Source: Deltaproteobacteria bacterium (lineage in GTDB: Bacteria; Desulfobacterota; Desulfobaccia; Desulfobaccales; 0-14-0-80-60-11). Taken from it: a DNA stretch of 62,074 nt. The translations under genes were made by a program, and so were the position numbers. Below are positions 1 through 10,758 of the stretch, piece after piece; positions within the stretch are counted from its first letter, which is position 1; each line of letters starts with the position of its first letter. Under the pieces are notes generated by a model. That model was not told the DNA's origin, made no database searches, and saw only the letters and a program-made list of their open reading frames with translations. The stretch covers positions 1 to 62,074 of the forward strand of contig VGSW01000001.1 of the NCBI GenBank assembly GCA_016874915.1. The letters run 5' to 3'.

Positions 1-691
1 CCACCGGGTCCCCGGCCTCGAAGTCGATTTCCACGTATTGGGGCGTATCCGGGGCTTCCCGGGGATCCCGGGTAAGTTGGAACATGTCCGCCGGCGGCTC
101 CGCCCAGGGGTCTTCCAGGATGCCGCCCTCGAAGCTCAGGTGGAGCATATTCCGGTCCATGGAATAGGGCTTTCCCGTGGTCACCGGCACTGGGATGCCA
201 TGCTTTTGGGCATAGGCCACGCAGTCGGCCCGGCCCTGCAAATCCCACTCCCGCCAGGGGACGATGATCTTCAGGTCCGGGGCCAGGGCCTGGTAGGTGA
301 GCTCAAAGCGCACCTGGTCGTTGCCCTTGCCCGTGGCGCCGTGGGAGACCGCATCCGCGCCGGTGCGCCGGGCCACCTCCACCTGGCCCTTGGCGATAAC
401 CGGCCTGGCAATGGAAGTGCCCAAAAGATACGCCCCTTCATACAGGGCGTTGGCCCGGAACATGGGCCACACGAAGTCCCGGACGAACTCCTCTTTCAAG
501 TCCTCAATATAGACCTCGTCCGCGCCGGTGGCCAGGGCCTTGGCCCGAACCGGCTCCAGCTCCTCCCCCTGGCCCAAGTCCGCGGCAAAGGCCACCACCT
601 GGCATTTATAGGTCTCTTTGAGCCATTTGAGTATGACCGAGGTATCAAGGCCGCCGGAGTAAGCCAGGACGATTTTGTTGATATCAGGCAT
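1..691 (-). CDS. argG: argininosuccinate synthase, N-terminal part (gene continues past window start)
   Basis: Own minus-strand translation from ATG 691-689: [44 protein letters not shown]...[17 protein letters not shown]-loop SGGLDTS. Not in ORF track because no stop lies in the window. The + ORF 38..817 is its antisense shadow. Confidence 0.9.
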   Translation of the reverse strand, partial: MPDINKIVLAYSGGLDTSVILKWLKETYKCQVVAFAADLGQGEELEPVRAKALATGADEVYIEDLKEEFVRDFVWPMFRANALYEGAYLLGTSIARPVIAKGQVEVARRTGADAVSHGATGKGNDQVRFELTYQALAPDLKIIVPWREWDLQGRADCVAYAQKHGIPVPVTTGKPYSMDRNMLHLSFEGGILEDPWAEPPADMFQLTRDPREAPDTPQYVEIDFEAGDPV

Positions 692-754
692 GTGGTATTT
701 CCTGTAAATTTATTGCTGTATCAAGGTTATATTCAATGTCCTTTCTTAAACTTA

Positions 755-1429
755 TTATTCTTTAAGTTCGTTTACTCCAATATGTTTTCGAAAAGATTCC
801 TCAAGCACAGGAAATAACTCTTGAGACACTACCACTGCATTCCGCCAAGTTTCAATAAGCTCTTTAGCTACTACTGGCTCGAAATTACAAGGATCTCGAT
901 AGGAAACATCTTTAAATTTATAAGCAATGAACCATATTAAATACATTAGGCGCTCTATTGCATCAGCAGTATTCCTTGAAAAATAAATTCTTTTTTTCCT
1001 AAATTCATCAAACGCTGTTGAAGCCTGCTTGTAAATCTCTTTAGACTTAACTTCCTCATTTTTTTCACCTAAAGTTGCTTTAAAATACCTATCCCACTTG
1101 GTGGGGTCGCCATCTTTAGGTATTCGGTATTGCTCAAATAATTCCGTCTGTTCTTCAAGCAATTTGAAATGATAAACTAAAGAATGGATTTTGTCCAACA
1201 TACCAATAAGATCTGCAAAGACCTCATTAATCACCTGAGCTTGCTCGTCGTAAAGCTTACTGAATTGATAAAAATTCTTTTTATTAATTAATTCAATTTC
1301 CTGCTTGAATAACTCTGTGCGCTTCGTTAAAGCGCTCTCGAATAATTTTTTAAATATCCAGATAAATAACCCCAAAACTGTCCCATTAGTAACTACAGAG
1401 ATTGCAATAGTTGTCAAAATATCATTCAT
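755..1429 (-). CDS. hypothetical protein with N-terminal TM helix and helical domain; strongly AT-rich, foreign-looking
   Basis: ORF 755..1468 trimmed to MNDILTT (ATG at 1429), because the first 13 codons lie inside a palindromic repeat (1453-1511). One TM (ILTTIAISVVTNGTVLGLFIWIF). No family recognised. G+C visibly far below flanks. Confidence 0.5.
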   Translation of the reverse strand: MNDILTTIAISVVTNGTVLGLFIWIFKKLFESALTKRTELFKQEIELINKKNFYQFSKLYDEQAQVINEVFADLIGMLDKIHSLVYHFKLLEEQTELFEQYRIPKDGDPTKWDRYFKATLGEKNEEVKSKEIYKQASTAFDEFRKKRIYFSRNTADAIERLMYLIWFIAYKFKDVSYRDPCNFEPVVAKELIETWRNAVVVSQELFPVLEESFRKHIGVNELKE

Positions 1430-1573
1430 ATTATTTTGGCGACCAATTAGGTGTAAGGTGCCTCTCACGCACCAAAAGCCTTTTATTATTGGTGCGTGAG
1501 ACGCACCCTACATGCACAGGCTGGAAAGCCTGTGCCACCAGGGATTATCTTTCTTGCTGACCCCCGTCTCCGG

Positions 1574-2482
1574 TCATTTCAACATCCACTCCAACAATGC
1601 CTTCTGCAGGTGCAGCCGGTTCTCCGCCTGGTCCCAGGCCGCGGATTGGGGGCCGTCCAGGACTTCTGAGGTGATCTCTTCGCCCCGGTGGGCCGGGAGG
1701 CAGTGGAGCACGATGGCCTCGGGCCGGGCCAGTTTCAACAATTCAGCATTTACTTGATAAGGCTTGAAAATTTCCTTCCGAGCCGCGGCTTCGGCTTCCT
1801 GGCCCATGGAGGCCCAGACGTCGGTGTTGATGACGTGGGCCTGCTCCACGGCCCCCCGGGGGTCGGTCCCCAGGTGGATGGGCCGGCCTTCTTTCTGAGC
1901 CTGCTCCAAAAGGTCCATATCCGGCTCATAATCCATGGGACAGGCCAGGTAAAGGCTGAAATCCAGGTGCAGGGCCGCAGTGATCCAGGAGTTGGCCATG
2001 TTGTTACCGTCCCCCACCCAAGCCACCTTCAGCCCCGAAATTACCCCAAAGCGTTCCTGGATGGTCATGAGGTCGCTCAGCACCTGGCAGGGGTGGTGGG
2101 TGTCCGTGAGGCCGTTGATAATTGGAATAGTGGCGTGCCGGGCCAGGTCTGCCACGGTTTTCTGGGCGAAAGTGCGGATAACCACCGCGTCCACGTACCG
2201 GGACAGCACCCGGGCGGTGTCGCTGATGGGTTCCCCCCGGTCCAACTGGGTCTGGCCCGGGGCCAAGTAGATGCTGCTCCCCCCCAGTTGCGCCATGCCC
2301 GCCTCGAAGGACACCCGGGTGCGGGTGGAGGGCTTGTCAAAGATCATAGCCAGGGTTTTGCCCACCAGAGGCCGAAGGTTGTGGCCCTGGCGATGCAGGG
2401 CCTTGAGTTCCATGGCCCGCTTCAGGAGAGCTTCAATCTCTTCCCGGCTGAGGTCCAGTATGGTTAGTAAGTCTCGTTTCAT
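1574..2482 (-). CDS. argF: ornithine carbamoyltransferase
   Basis: 302 aa with STRTR, HPCQ and HCLPAHRGEE motifs, in an arg cluster. Confidence 0.92.
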   Translation of the reverse strand: MKRDLLTILDLSREEIEALLKRAMELKALHRQGHNLRPLVGKTLAMIFDKPSTRTRVSFEAGMAQLGGSSIYLAPGQTQLDRGEPISDTARVLSRYVDAVVIRTFAQKTVADLARHATIPIINGLTDTHHPCQVLSDLMTIQERFGVISGLKVAWVGDGNNMANSWITAALHLDFSLYLACPMDYEPDMDLLEQAQKEGRPIHLGTDPRGAVEQAHVINTDVWASMGQEAEAAARKEIFKPYQVNAELLKLARPEAIVLHCLPAHRGEEITSEVLDGPQSAAWDQAENRLHLQKALLEWMLK

Positions 2483-2500
2483 GTTGGTGCTCTTTATGTT

Positions 2501-2589
2501 GCGGTTCAGCGGTTCAGAGGTTCAGAACTTTTCCTTTCAACAGCAAACCCGCTAAACCGCCAGACCGCTAAACCGCCAACCGGCTGAAT
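2501..2589. repeat. palindromic element, family GCGGTTCAGCGG / AACCGCTAAACCGC
   Basis: Between argD and argF. Confidence 0.85.
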
Positions 2590-2601
2590 CTAAGACGCGC
2601 C

Positions 2602-3798
2602 CTACGGAAAAACTGCCTTAAACCCGTCGTGCAAAATCTCCAACGCCTGGTCCAGATCCCGGCGTTGGAGCACCAGGGGCGGCAGAAGCCGAATTATATT
2701 ACCCTGGGTGCAGTTAATCAAGAGACTCCGCTCCCGGCAGGCGTTCACCAGGGCCGCGCCTTCCTGGGTCAATTCCAGCCCCCACATGAGGCCCAAACCT
2801 CGTACCTCTTTGATGACCGGGAATTGTTTCTGGAGCCGCACCAGGCCCCGCCGTATGTATTTGCCCCGGGCCTTCACCGCGTCCATGAACTTGGGGCCGG
2901 TCATCTGGCGCAAGACCGCCAGGGCCGCGGCTGCGATCACCGGCCCGCCCCCGAAGGTGCTGGCGTGGGTGCCGGGGACCAAGGCTCCGGCCGCGTCTTC
3001 GGTGGCCAGGAGCGCGCCCATGGGGAGACCGTTGGCGATGCCCTTGGCCAGGGTCATGACGTCCGGCGTCACCCCGTAGTGCTCGTGGGCAAAGAGCTTG
3101 CCGGTGCGGCCCAGCCCTGTCTGCACTTCGTCGAAGACCAGGAGCAGGCCCTTTTCATCGCACAACCGGCGCAGTCCCGGCAAATAATCCGCATCCGGCA
3201 GGCAGACCCCGCCTTCCCCCTGGATAGGCTCCACCAGCACCGCGCAAACCCGCTCGTCCACGGCCCGGGCCGCGGCTTCCAGGTCATTGAAGGGCACAAA
3301 GATAAACCCCTCCAACAGCGGCTCGAAGCCCTTATGAAATTTCTCCTGGCCGGTGGCGGATAAAGCTCCGAGGGTGCGGCCATGAAAAGAATTATAGGTG
3401 CTGATGATGAAGTGCCGTCCCGGCCCGTATTTTTCGTGAGAGTAGCGGCGCGCCAGCTTGATGGCCCCTTCATTAACCTCCGCGCCGCTGTTGGCGAAAA
3501 AGACCCGGTCCGCGAAAGACAGGCGCACCAGCTCCTCCGCCAGCTCCGTCATGGGCGCGGTGTAGTAGAGGTTGGAGACGTGCACCAGCTTGGTAAGCTG
3601 CTCCGCCGCGGCCCGGGCCACTTCGGGATGGGCGTGGCCCAGGTTGCACACCGCCAGCCCGGCCACGAAGTCCAAATACTCCTTGCCGTCCGCGTCCCAC
3701 ACCCGGCAGCCGTCGCCCCTGACCAGCACCAGGGACTGCCGGCCGTAGGTCTGCATGACGACCTTATCCGCCCTTGTAATCCATCCCTGACTTAGCAA
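2602..3798 (-). CDS. argD: acetylornithine aminotransferase (class III PLP aminotransferase)
   Basis: 398 aa with SGAEVNEGAIKLAR, DEVQTGLGRTG and TLAKG (PLP Lys) motifs, between argB and argF. Start uncertain: TTG at 3798 or ATG at 3756. Confidence 0.87.
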   Translation of the reverse strand: MLSQGWITRADKVVMQTYGRQSLVLVRGDGCRVWDADGKEYLDFVAGLAVCNLGHAHPEVARAAAEQLTKLVHVSNLYYTAPMTELAEELVRLSFADRVFFANSGAEVNEGAIKLARRYSHEKYGPGRHFIISTYNSFHGRTLGALSATGQEKFHKGFEPLLEGFIFVPFNDLEAAARAVDERVCAVLVEPIQGEGGVCLPDADYLPGLRRLCDEKGLLLVFDEVQTGLGRTGKLFAHEHYGVTPDVMTLAKGIANGLPMGALLATEDAAGALVPGTHASTFGGGPVIAAAALAVLRQMTGPKFMDAVKARGKYIRRGLVRLQKQFPVIKEVRGLGLMWGLELTQEGAALVNACRERSLLINCTQGNIIRLLPPLVLQRRDLDQALEILHDGFKAVFP

Positions 3799-3817
3799 GT
3801 CTCCTCTCCCTTGGTGG

Positions 3818-4864
<1,047 letters not shown>

Positions 4865-4865
<1 letters not shown>

Positions 4866-6175
4866 TATAAAATATACCGGCTCAAATCCTCATCCTCGAT
4901 CAAATTCGCCAGCCGGTCCCGCACATATTCCGCGGTGATGGCGATTTCCTGCTCCTCTAATTCCGGGGCTTTGAAGGAGATATCCTCCAGGAGCTTTTCC
5001 ATTACCGTGTGCAGGCGCCGGGCCCCGATGTTCTCCGTGCGCTCATTGACCCGGGTGGCCAATAGGGCCAGTTCCTTCACCGCATCCGGCCGGAAATTGA
5101 GGCGGATGCCCTCGGTGGCCATGAGGGCGTGGTACTGCTTGATGAGGGCGTTTTCCGGCTCGGTCAGGATGCGCTCAAATTCCTCCGGCCCCAGGGAGTT
5201 CAGCTCCACCCGGATGGGGAAGCGGCCCTGCATCTCGGGGATCAGATCCGAGGGCTTGGACATGTGGAAGGCCCCGGACGCGATGAACAGGATATGGTCG
5301 GTCTTGACCATGCCGTACTTGGTGTTCACCGTGGTGCCTTCCACGATGGGCAGCAGGTCCCGCTGCACCCCCTCCCGGGAGACGTCGGGCCCCCGGGTGT
5401 GGTTCCGCCCCGCGATTTTGTCGATTTCGTCCAGGAAGATGATGCCGTTCTGCTCCACCTTGCGCCGGGCCTCTTCCACCACCCGGTCCATGTCGATGAG
5501 GCGCTGGGATTCCTCTTGCAAGAGCAATTCCCGGGCTTCGGCGATCTTGACCCGCCGGGTCTTGGTCTTCTGGGGAAAGAGGCCCCCCATCATTTCCCGC
5601 AAATTGAATTCCATTTCCTCCATGCCACTGGCGGAAAAAATCTCCACCACCGGGGCCAGGCGCTGGGTGACCTCCATGTCCACGTAGCGGTCATCCATCT
5701 TCCCGTCCCGGAGCATGGCACGGAGCCGGTCCCGGGTGGCGTCCTTCTCGCCTTCCGGAGGCGGGGCGCTGCCGGGCAGGAGCAGGTCCAGGAGCTTTTC
5801 CTCCACCGCCTCCTGGGCCTTGGCCTGGACCTTGTCCCGTTCCGCGGCCTTAACCATGTTCACCGCCAACTCCATCAGGTCCCGGACCATGGACTCCACG
5901 TCCCGGCCCACGTAGCCCACCTCGGTGAACTTGGTGGCCTCGATCTTTAAAAACGGCGAATGGGCCAGCTTGGCCAGCCGCCGCGCAATCTCGGTTTTGC
6001 CCACCCCGGTGGGCCCGATCATGATGATGTTTTTGGGCGCGATCTCATCCCGCAGCTCCTCGGGAACCTGCTGGCGCCGCCAGCGGTTGCGCAGGGCGAT
6101 GGCCACGGAGCGCTTGGCGTTCTCCTGGCCCACGATGTATTTATCCAACTCCGCCACGATCTCCCGGGGCGTCAT
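4865..6175 (-). CDS. hslU: ATP-dependent protease ATPase subunit HslU
   Basis: [17 protein letters not shown], Walker [29 protein letters not shown] 4865..6220 trimmed to ATG 6175, by analogy with the E. coli N-terminus MSEMTPREIV. Confidence 0.93.
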
Positions 6176-6245
6176 ATGATCCCCGGAACCGGGGAGACTC
6201 TTAGTCAACAACGTAATCAAAATTACTTGCCCCCTTTATGAAATT

Positions 6246-6356
6246 GAGAGCTCTGCAAAGATCCATTTTGTCATTCTGAGCGAAGCGAAGAATCTAGATT
6301 CTTCGGTCGCTTCGCTCCCTCAGAATGACAAATTAGGCGACTTTTGCAAAGGTTCT
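6246..6356. repeat. palindromic element, family GTCATTCTGAGCGAAGCGAAGAATC
   Basis: Inner inverted repeat 6270-6329, flanked by CTGCAAAG/CTTTGCAAA-type outer arms. Between the cyt-b-like gene and hslU. Confidence 0.85.
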
Positions 6357-6360
6357 TAAA

Positions 6361-6978
6361 TTATTCCTGGAGAAAAAACATCCGGCGCCATTTTTGCTCT
6401 CCCCAGATAGCATCCAGGAGGGTTCCGGTGAGGTGTAAACCCAGAAAAATGGGGATGAGCCAGTTGCCGATTTCGTGAATTTCTTTAATGAAGTGGATCA
6501 CTCCCCTGGCCTTAGCCCCAGGCTGCAGATAATTAAATAACAAACTTCCGGTTAGCGCCTGCCAGGAAAATACCAAGAGGCCGAAACCCTGGATTAGACC
6601 CTTGAGACCATCATGAGAGGCCCGCTGAGGAAGCTGGAGCCGGAGCAGAGTCTGGACGTCTTCCCAGGCGGCCAGGAGCCTTTCCCGGGTGCAGGGGCAC
6701 CAATCGGCGAAGCGGACGTTGGAAGGACCCCAAAAGCCATACATAATCCGCAGTAGCAGAAACAGGCTCACGGTGATGCCCAGCCAACTGTGCACCGTGA
6801 ATCCCAGGTGCGAGGCTTTTTTATAGTCCCCGGCTAATTCTCCGGTGACCCAGGCCAGGGTGCCCCCCACCGCCAGACCTGCGTGCAGAAACCGGGTGAA
6901 GTAATCGAACTCCTCTTTTGGCGTGAGGTCAGGGCTATTGTCAATTATCGGTGCGCTCTTCTGATTTACAAGTTCCAT
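6361..6978 (-). CDS. cytochrome b561 / Ni-hydrogenase b-type cytochrome-like membrane protein
   Basis: About 205 aa with four predicted TM helices. Conserved His residues in helices (FLHAGLAV, HSWLG, IHEIGNW, GLHLTG). Family call by pattern only. Confidence 0.45.
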   Translation of the reverse strand: MELVNQKSAPIIDNSPDLTPKEEFDYFTRFLHAGLAVGGTLAWVTGELAGDYKKASHLGFTVHSWLGITVSLFLLLRIMYGFWGPSNVRFADWCPCTRERLLAAWEDVQTLLRLQLPQRASHDGLKGLIQGFGLLVFSWQALTGSLLFNYLQPGAKARGVIHFIKEIHEIGNWLIPIFLGLHLTGTLLDAIWGEQKWRRMFFLQE

Positions 6979-6999
6979 GGTTACCAATCCTTTGATGAA

Positions 7000-7030
7000 G
7001 CTGTCAGCCGTCAGCTGTCAGCTTTCAGCT
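7000..7030. repeat. tandem heptamer block GCTGTCA/GCTTTCA
   Basis: gctgtcagccgtcagctgtcagctttcagct. Confidence 0.75.
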
Positions 7031-7115
7031 AAAAGCAAAAATGTAGGGTGCGCATTGCGCACCATGTAAGGTGGGAACGGCCCACTAGATTTCCATTTCA
7101 ATCATTGTCAATAAT

Positions 7116-7967
7116 TTAACTCAAAAGCCATTCTGCAAAGTTATCAAATTTGAATATTTTTCTCTTTCTATGACCAAACTGATTTATTAAGCGAAGCATA
7201 TTGTATTGGGCTATGTCTGAAGTTATAAACATATCACAATTTGTTAAATAAATTGATTGCTGTGTGTCAATGCTTCCAGGGTTTTTTGATTTAGCAAAAT
7301 TACTTGTTTTTATTGACCTTACAAACATACCGTATGTCATACTAGAAAGGAAAAATCTCCAATGTTCAGAATAGTTAATTAATCTAATAGCAATTTCATT
7401 ATCAACAGGCGAATCAGTCCCTTTATTTGCGAGATTAGATACAAAACTAGCAATAAATTCTAGTCTGTATTGTTTGATAAGTTTTGAAAAATTAGAGGCA
7501 AAAGAATGTCGCTCCATTTTGGATAAATTAGATATTTTTTCCTGCCAAAGATTTCGGCCATTATCATGAATACTTTGGTACCATTGCTCTTGATTTTTCT
7601 TCCATCCTATTATCTTGCTATATGCCTCTCCATCTATTTGCTCTGGCTCATTTAACATGACCCAAACTTCATCCCATTCTTCCCCGATTGAATAATTCAT
7701 ATCCGGAGCCCAAACCCTAACTGCCTCTACTGCCCACTTGAGAATTTCATTAGGCATTGCCATTGGACGATAATTACCACCAATATCTTTAGCCAATCCA
7801 AGCAGGCCTTCTCTACGTTCTTTCGTGGATTCTGAGGCAAGTTCAACAACATTAAAGATGCTTAAAAATACTTCTCCTTTAATTTTAATTGCATTTTTCA
7901 ATTCCAACATCTTTGCAGAATCATATAGTCTATTTATAGCACTCGTATCTAAATAAAATGTTTTCAT
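7116..7967 (-). CDS. PIN-like domain protein with large internal insertion; AT-rich
   Basis: ORF 7116..7991 trimmed to ATG 7967 (MKTFYLDTSAINRLYD). The N-terminal YLDTS, VVELAS, and C-terminal IDTQQSIYL...MFITSD resemble the four acidic PIN positions, separated by about 190 extra residues. G+C far below flanks. Starts 11 nt after the hslV stop. Confidence 0.45.
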   Translation of the reverse strand: MKTFYLDTSAINRLYDSAKMLELKNAIKIKGEVFLSIFNVVELASESTKERREGLLGLAKDIGGNYRPMAMPNEILKWAVEAVRVWAPDMNYSIGEEWDEVWVMLNEPEQIDGEAYSKIIGWKKNQEQWYQSIHDNGRNLWQEKISNLSKMERHSFASNFSKLIKQYRLEFIASFVSNLANKGTDSPVDNEIAIRLINYSEHWRFFLSSMTYGMFVRSIKTSNFAKSKNPGSIDTQQSIYLTNCDMFITSDIAQYNMLRLINQFGHRKRKIFKFDNFAEWLLS

Positions 7968-7977
7968 TTGATTTAGG

Positions 7978-8532
7978 TTACAACTCCTCAATAATTATCT
8001 CGGAATTCGTATAAACGCACAACGACGCGGCGATAGTCATGGCCTCCCGGCAGATGTCCGCGGGGGTGAGGTCCGTATGGGCCATCAAGGCCCGGGCCGC
8101 GGCCAGGGCGTAAGGCGCGCCGGAGCCGATGGCCATCACCCCTTCGTCGGGCTCGATGACGTCCCCGGTGCCGGAGATGAGGAAGGCCGCCTCTCCGTCC
8201 ACCGCCAACAGCAGGGCTTCCAGGCGCCTCAGGACTTTGTCGGTGCGCCAGTCCTTGGCCAGTTCCACCACCGACCGGGTGAGGTTCCCCCGATGGGCCT
8301 CCAATTTCCCCTCTAATCTCTCGAACAGGGTGAGGGCGTCGGCGGAGGCCCCGGCAAAGCCCACGATGATCTTGCCGTGATAGAGTTTGCGCACCTTCTT
8401 GGCCCGGTGTTTCATCACCATGTCGCCCAGGGACACCTGGCCGTCCCCGGCCACCGCGACTTTATTTCCCCGGCGCACCATGAGGATGGTGGTGCCGCGC
8501 CATTTATCATTAGAAAAGCTCATGGGTTTCAT
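7978..8532 (-). CDS. hslV: ATP-dependent protease subunit HslV
   Basis: 184 aa. GTTILMVRR (Thr nucleophile after a short propeptide), [23 protein letters not shown]. Confidence 0.92.
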   Translation of the reverse strand: MKPMSFSNDKWRGTTILMVRRGNKVAVAGDGQVSLGDMVMKHRAKKVRKLYHGKIIVGFAGASADALTLFERLEGKLEAHRGNLTRSVVELAKDWRTDKVLRRLEALLLAVDGEAAFLISGTGDVIEPDEGVMAIGSGAPYALAAARALMAHTDLTPADICREAMTIAASLCVYTNSEIIIEEL

Positions 8533-8537
8533 ATCCT

Positions 8538-8628
8538 GGGGTTAAAAGGTTAAAAGGGGAAAAGGTTAAAAGGGAAATAAATAATTTTCTTCAAAACCCG
8601 TTCCCCCCATCCCTTTTTCCTTTTTCCA
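8538..8628. repeat. palindromic element, family GGTTAAAAGGGGAAAAGG
   Basis: Related copies at 8911-8955, 13786-13860, 29613-29706, 48095-48125, 48231-48262 and 48605-48680. Confidence 0.8.
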
Positions 8629-8706
8629 ATAAGCCTGGGGCCTGCCTGCCCAGCCCGGCAATTGGGAATATGTCAACTTCGGCGGGCACGGAGGCCCGCC
8701 CCACCG

Positions 8707-8800
8707 AACTAAAAAATTCCATTAGCACAGGCCTCTGGCCGGTGGACACCGCCAGTTCCTGCCAGTGACTTTCACACAGGCTGGAAGCCTGTGCCACTCA
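8707..8800 (-). repeat. double-hairpin element, family GGCACAGGCTTCCAGCCTGTG
   Basis: Its reverse complement reads gtggcacaggcttccagcctgtg-N28-ccggccagaggcctgtgctaatggaattttttag. Confidence 0.82.
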
Positions 8801-8934
8801 GGGTAGTATTAACCTCGTCCCCAAGCTGTGCTTGGGGGCTCACTGATGACCAAAGCTTAGGTTTGGATACATTCGCCTTCCCAAGTACAACCTGGGAACG
8901 AGAAGACCTTTTTGCCCTTTAACCTTTTCCCCTT

Positions 8935-9846
8935 TTAACCTTTTAACCCTTTCCCCCTGGGGTGGGTTTTATCATATTCCTCCATCAAATAATCCAGGTT
9001 CAAGTGCAAATATCTCTGCGTACTGGAAATGGACGCGTGCCCCAGCAGTTCCTGCACCGTCCGCAAATCCGCCTTGCCTTCCAAAAGGTGGGTGGCAAAG
9101 CTGTGGCGGAGGCCGTGGGGGGTCAGCCCCGGGCTCAAGCCCGCCAGCCGGGCCCATTTGTCCACGATGCGCGCCACCCCCCGGGTGCTGAGCCGCGCTC
9201 CGGCGGGGTTGACAAACAGGGCGGCTTCCTCGGGGCGGCCTTTTTTCTCTACGAGCTGGCGGCGCAAGGGCAAATACCCGGCCAAGGCCTTCCGGGCCGG
9301 GTCGCCCAGGAAAGCCAGCCGCTCCTTGGCCCCCTTGCCCCACACCCGCAGCACCCCTTCGTTAAAATCCAGGTCTTTCAAATCCAGCCCGGCCAACTCC
9401 GACAGCCGCAAGCCCCCGGAGTAAAAGACCTCCAGGATGGCCCGGTCCCGCCGGGGGCCGAAGCCGTCGCCTTGGGCCTCGCTTACCAAATGGAAAACCT
9501 CGTCCACCGACAAAAAGTGGGGGAGCGGCTTCTCCAGCTTGGGGCTGGGGGCCAGCCGGGCCGGGTTCTGGGTGACTACGCCCCGGCGCTGCAGAAACTT
9601 GAAAAAGGAGCGCAGGGCCGAGAGCTTCCGGGCCACCGTGGTCTTGCTCCGTCCTTTCAAAGCCAGGGCCAGGAAGGCCCGCACGTCTTTATAAGTCGCG
9701 TCCCCCAGGGAACGGTCTTCGCCCCCGTAATAGAAATCCAGAAACTGGGCCAAATCCAGGCGGTAGTTCCGCAAGGTGTGGGCCGACATCTGCCGCTCCA
9801 CCCGCAAGTATTGCAGGAAATCCTCCAGAAGTTCCCAGCCGCCCAT
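8935..9846 (-). CDS. xerC: tyrosine recombinase XerC/XerD family
   Basis: 303 aa. SAHTLRNYRLDL, HGLRHSFATHLL, LLGHASISSTQRYLH. Its position upstream of hslVU is typical for xerC. Confidence 0.82.
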   Translation of the reverse strand: MGGWELLEDFLQYLRVERQMSAHTLRNYRLDLAQFLDFYYGGEDRSLGDATYKDVRAFLALALKGRSKTTVARKLSALRSFFKFLQRRGVVTQNPARLAPSPKLEKPLPHFLSVDEVFHLVSEAQGDGFGPRRDRAILEVFYSGGLRLSELAGLDLKDLDFNEGVLRVWGKGAKERLAFLGDPARKALAGYLPLRRQLVEKKGRPEEAALFVNPAGARLSTRGVARIVDKWARLAGLSPGLTPHGLRHSFATHLLEGKADLRTVQELLGHASISSTQRYLHLNLDYLMEEYDKTHPRGKGLKG

Positions 9847-10019
9847 CTTGTTCCCGGGGAAAATAATTTCTGAAAACTAAAATATTATCATCAAATTACC
9901 ACAATGCAAAAAAATTGTCCGTTTGAAATCAATGATTTCCAAAGATTGTATGCCGTTAAGGCAATTTTAATATTGAATATATTCCAAAGAATTTCTATAT
10001 CTTTTATTGTCCATAATCT

Positions 10020-10160
10020 GAGGCTGTTGCAAAAGTTTGCCAAGTGGGAATAGTAGGTTATTTTTTGTCATTCTGAGCCACCCTTGGTGGCGAAGAATCT
10101 AGCCCCTTCGCTTCGCTCAGGGTGACAATTTGGGATTATTCGGGTAATTGCAACAGTCTC
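10020..10160. repeat. palindromic element, same family, with GAGRCTGTTGCAA outer inverted repeats
   Basis: Inner 10067-10126 (gtcattctgagcc...cgcttcgctcagggtgac). Outer gaggctgttgcaaaagt / gtaattgcaacagtctc. Confidence 0.85.
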
Positions 10161-10181
10161 AACCTAGAAAGGAGCTTTTTA

Positions 10182-10616
10182 ATGACCCTGGCGGAAGAAA
10201 TTAAGCAAATGGTGGCGGACCTCTCACCCGAGCTCACGGAAAAGAAAGGGATTTACACTCTGGAATGCCTGGTGGCGGAACGGAAAGCCTTTCTGTCCCG
10301 GAAAAAACTGGTGTACCAGGCCCGGTTCCGCATTGACGAGGCCAACAAGGAACTCCGCTTCACCGAAATGCTGAAGGAAACCGGATGGGGGCTTTCCGGC
10401 GGCGACATCGACACCAGCCCGGGCTTCGGCTTCAAGAAAGAAACCTACAAGCAGGGGCTGGGGGGCCGGGAAGGAACCATCGAAGAGCAATCCCGTTTGT
10501 TCGGGGAAAAGTATGAATATAAATGGGACCTGGGCCGAATCCGCCGGGAAGTGGAAGCCAAGGCCAAAGAAAAGGGGTACACTTTCACCTATGTGGTCAC
10601 CGGCGTGGGGTTGTAG
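10182..10616 (+). CDS. hypothetical protein
   Basis: ORF 10122..10616 trimmed to MTLAEEIKQ (ATG 10182, preceded by aaaggag). The upstream 20 codons lie in a repeat element. No family recognised. Confidence 0.45.
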   Translation: MTLAEEIKQMVADLSPELTEKKGIYTLECLVAERKAFLSRKKLVYQARFRIDEANKELRFTEMLKETGWGLSGGDIDTSPGFGFKKETYKQGLGGREGTIEEQSRLFGEKYEYKWDLGRIRREVEAKAKEKGYTFTYVVTGVGL

Positions 10617-10622
10617 TCGTTT

Positions 10623-10691
10623 CTCTTTTGGCGCGCTGGAGTCTTGGCTGGATATTTAATTTCTCCCGCCAAGACGCCAAGGCGCAAAGAA
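10623..10691. repeat. palindromic element with CTTGGCG-type sub-repeats
   Basis: ctcttttggcgcgctggagtcttggc ... gccaagacgccaaggcgcaaagaa. Confidence 0.75.
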
Positions 10692-10758
10692 TCATGGGGA
10701 AATTATTGAGAGGCCCCGTTCTCTATGGTAATATTACTACCGGGGAAGTGGGGGAGAA

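Noticed and set aside
38-817. 259-aa + strand ORF at the window start
   Set aside because: It is antisense to a clear argG reading frame. It is a GC-rich shadow ORF with Arg/Gly/Pro-rich, motif-free translation.
8591-8797. Short ORFs made of repeat sequence (also 25186..25428, 48057..48260, 58564..58758, 59994..60191, 31712..31933)
   Set aside because: Their translations (e.g. ...QASSLCESHWQ..., ...FEKLLLGEGRE..., ...HPERSEGSQ...FASLRMT...) come entirely from palindromic elements that recur in other frames and orientations.
9847-10019. dif-like Xer site in the AT-rich region upstream of xerC
   Set aside because: No match to the GGTGCGCATAATGTATATTATGTTAAAT-type consensus could be found by eye.
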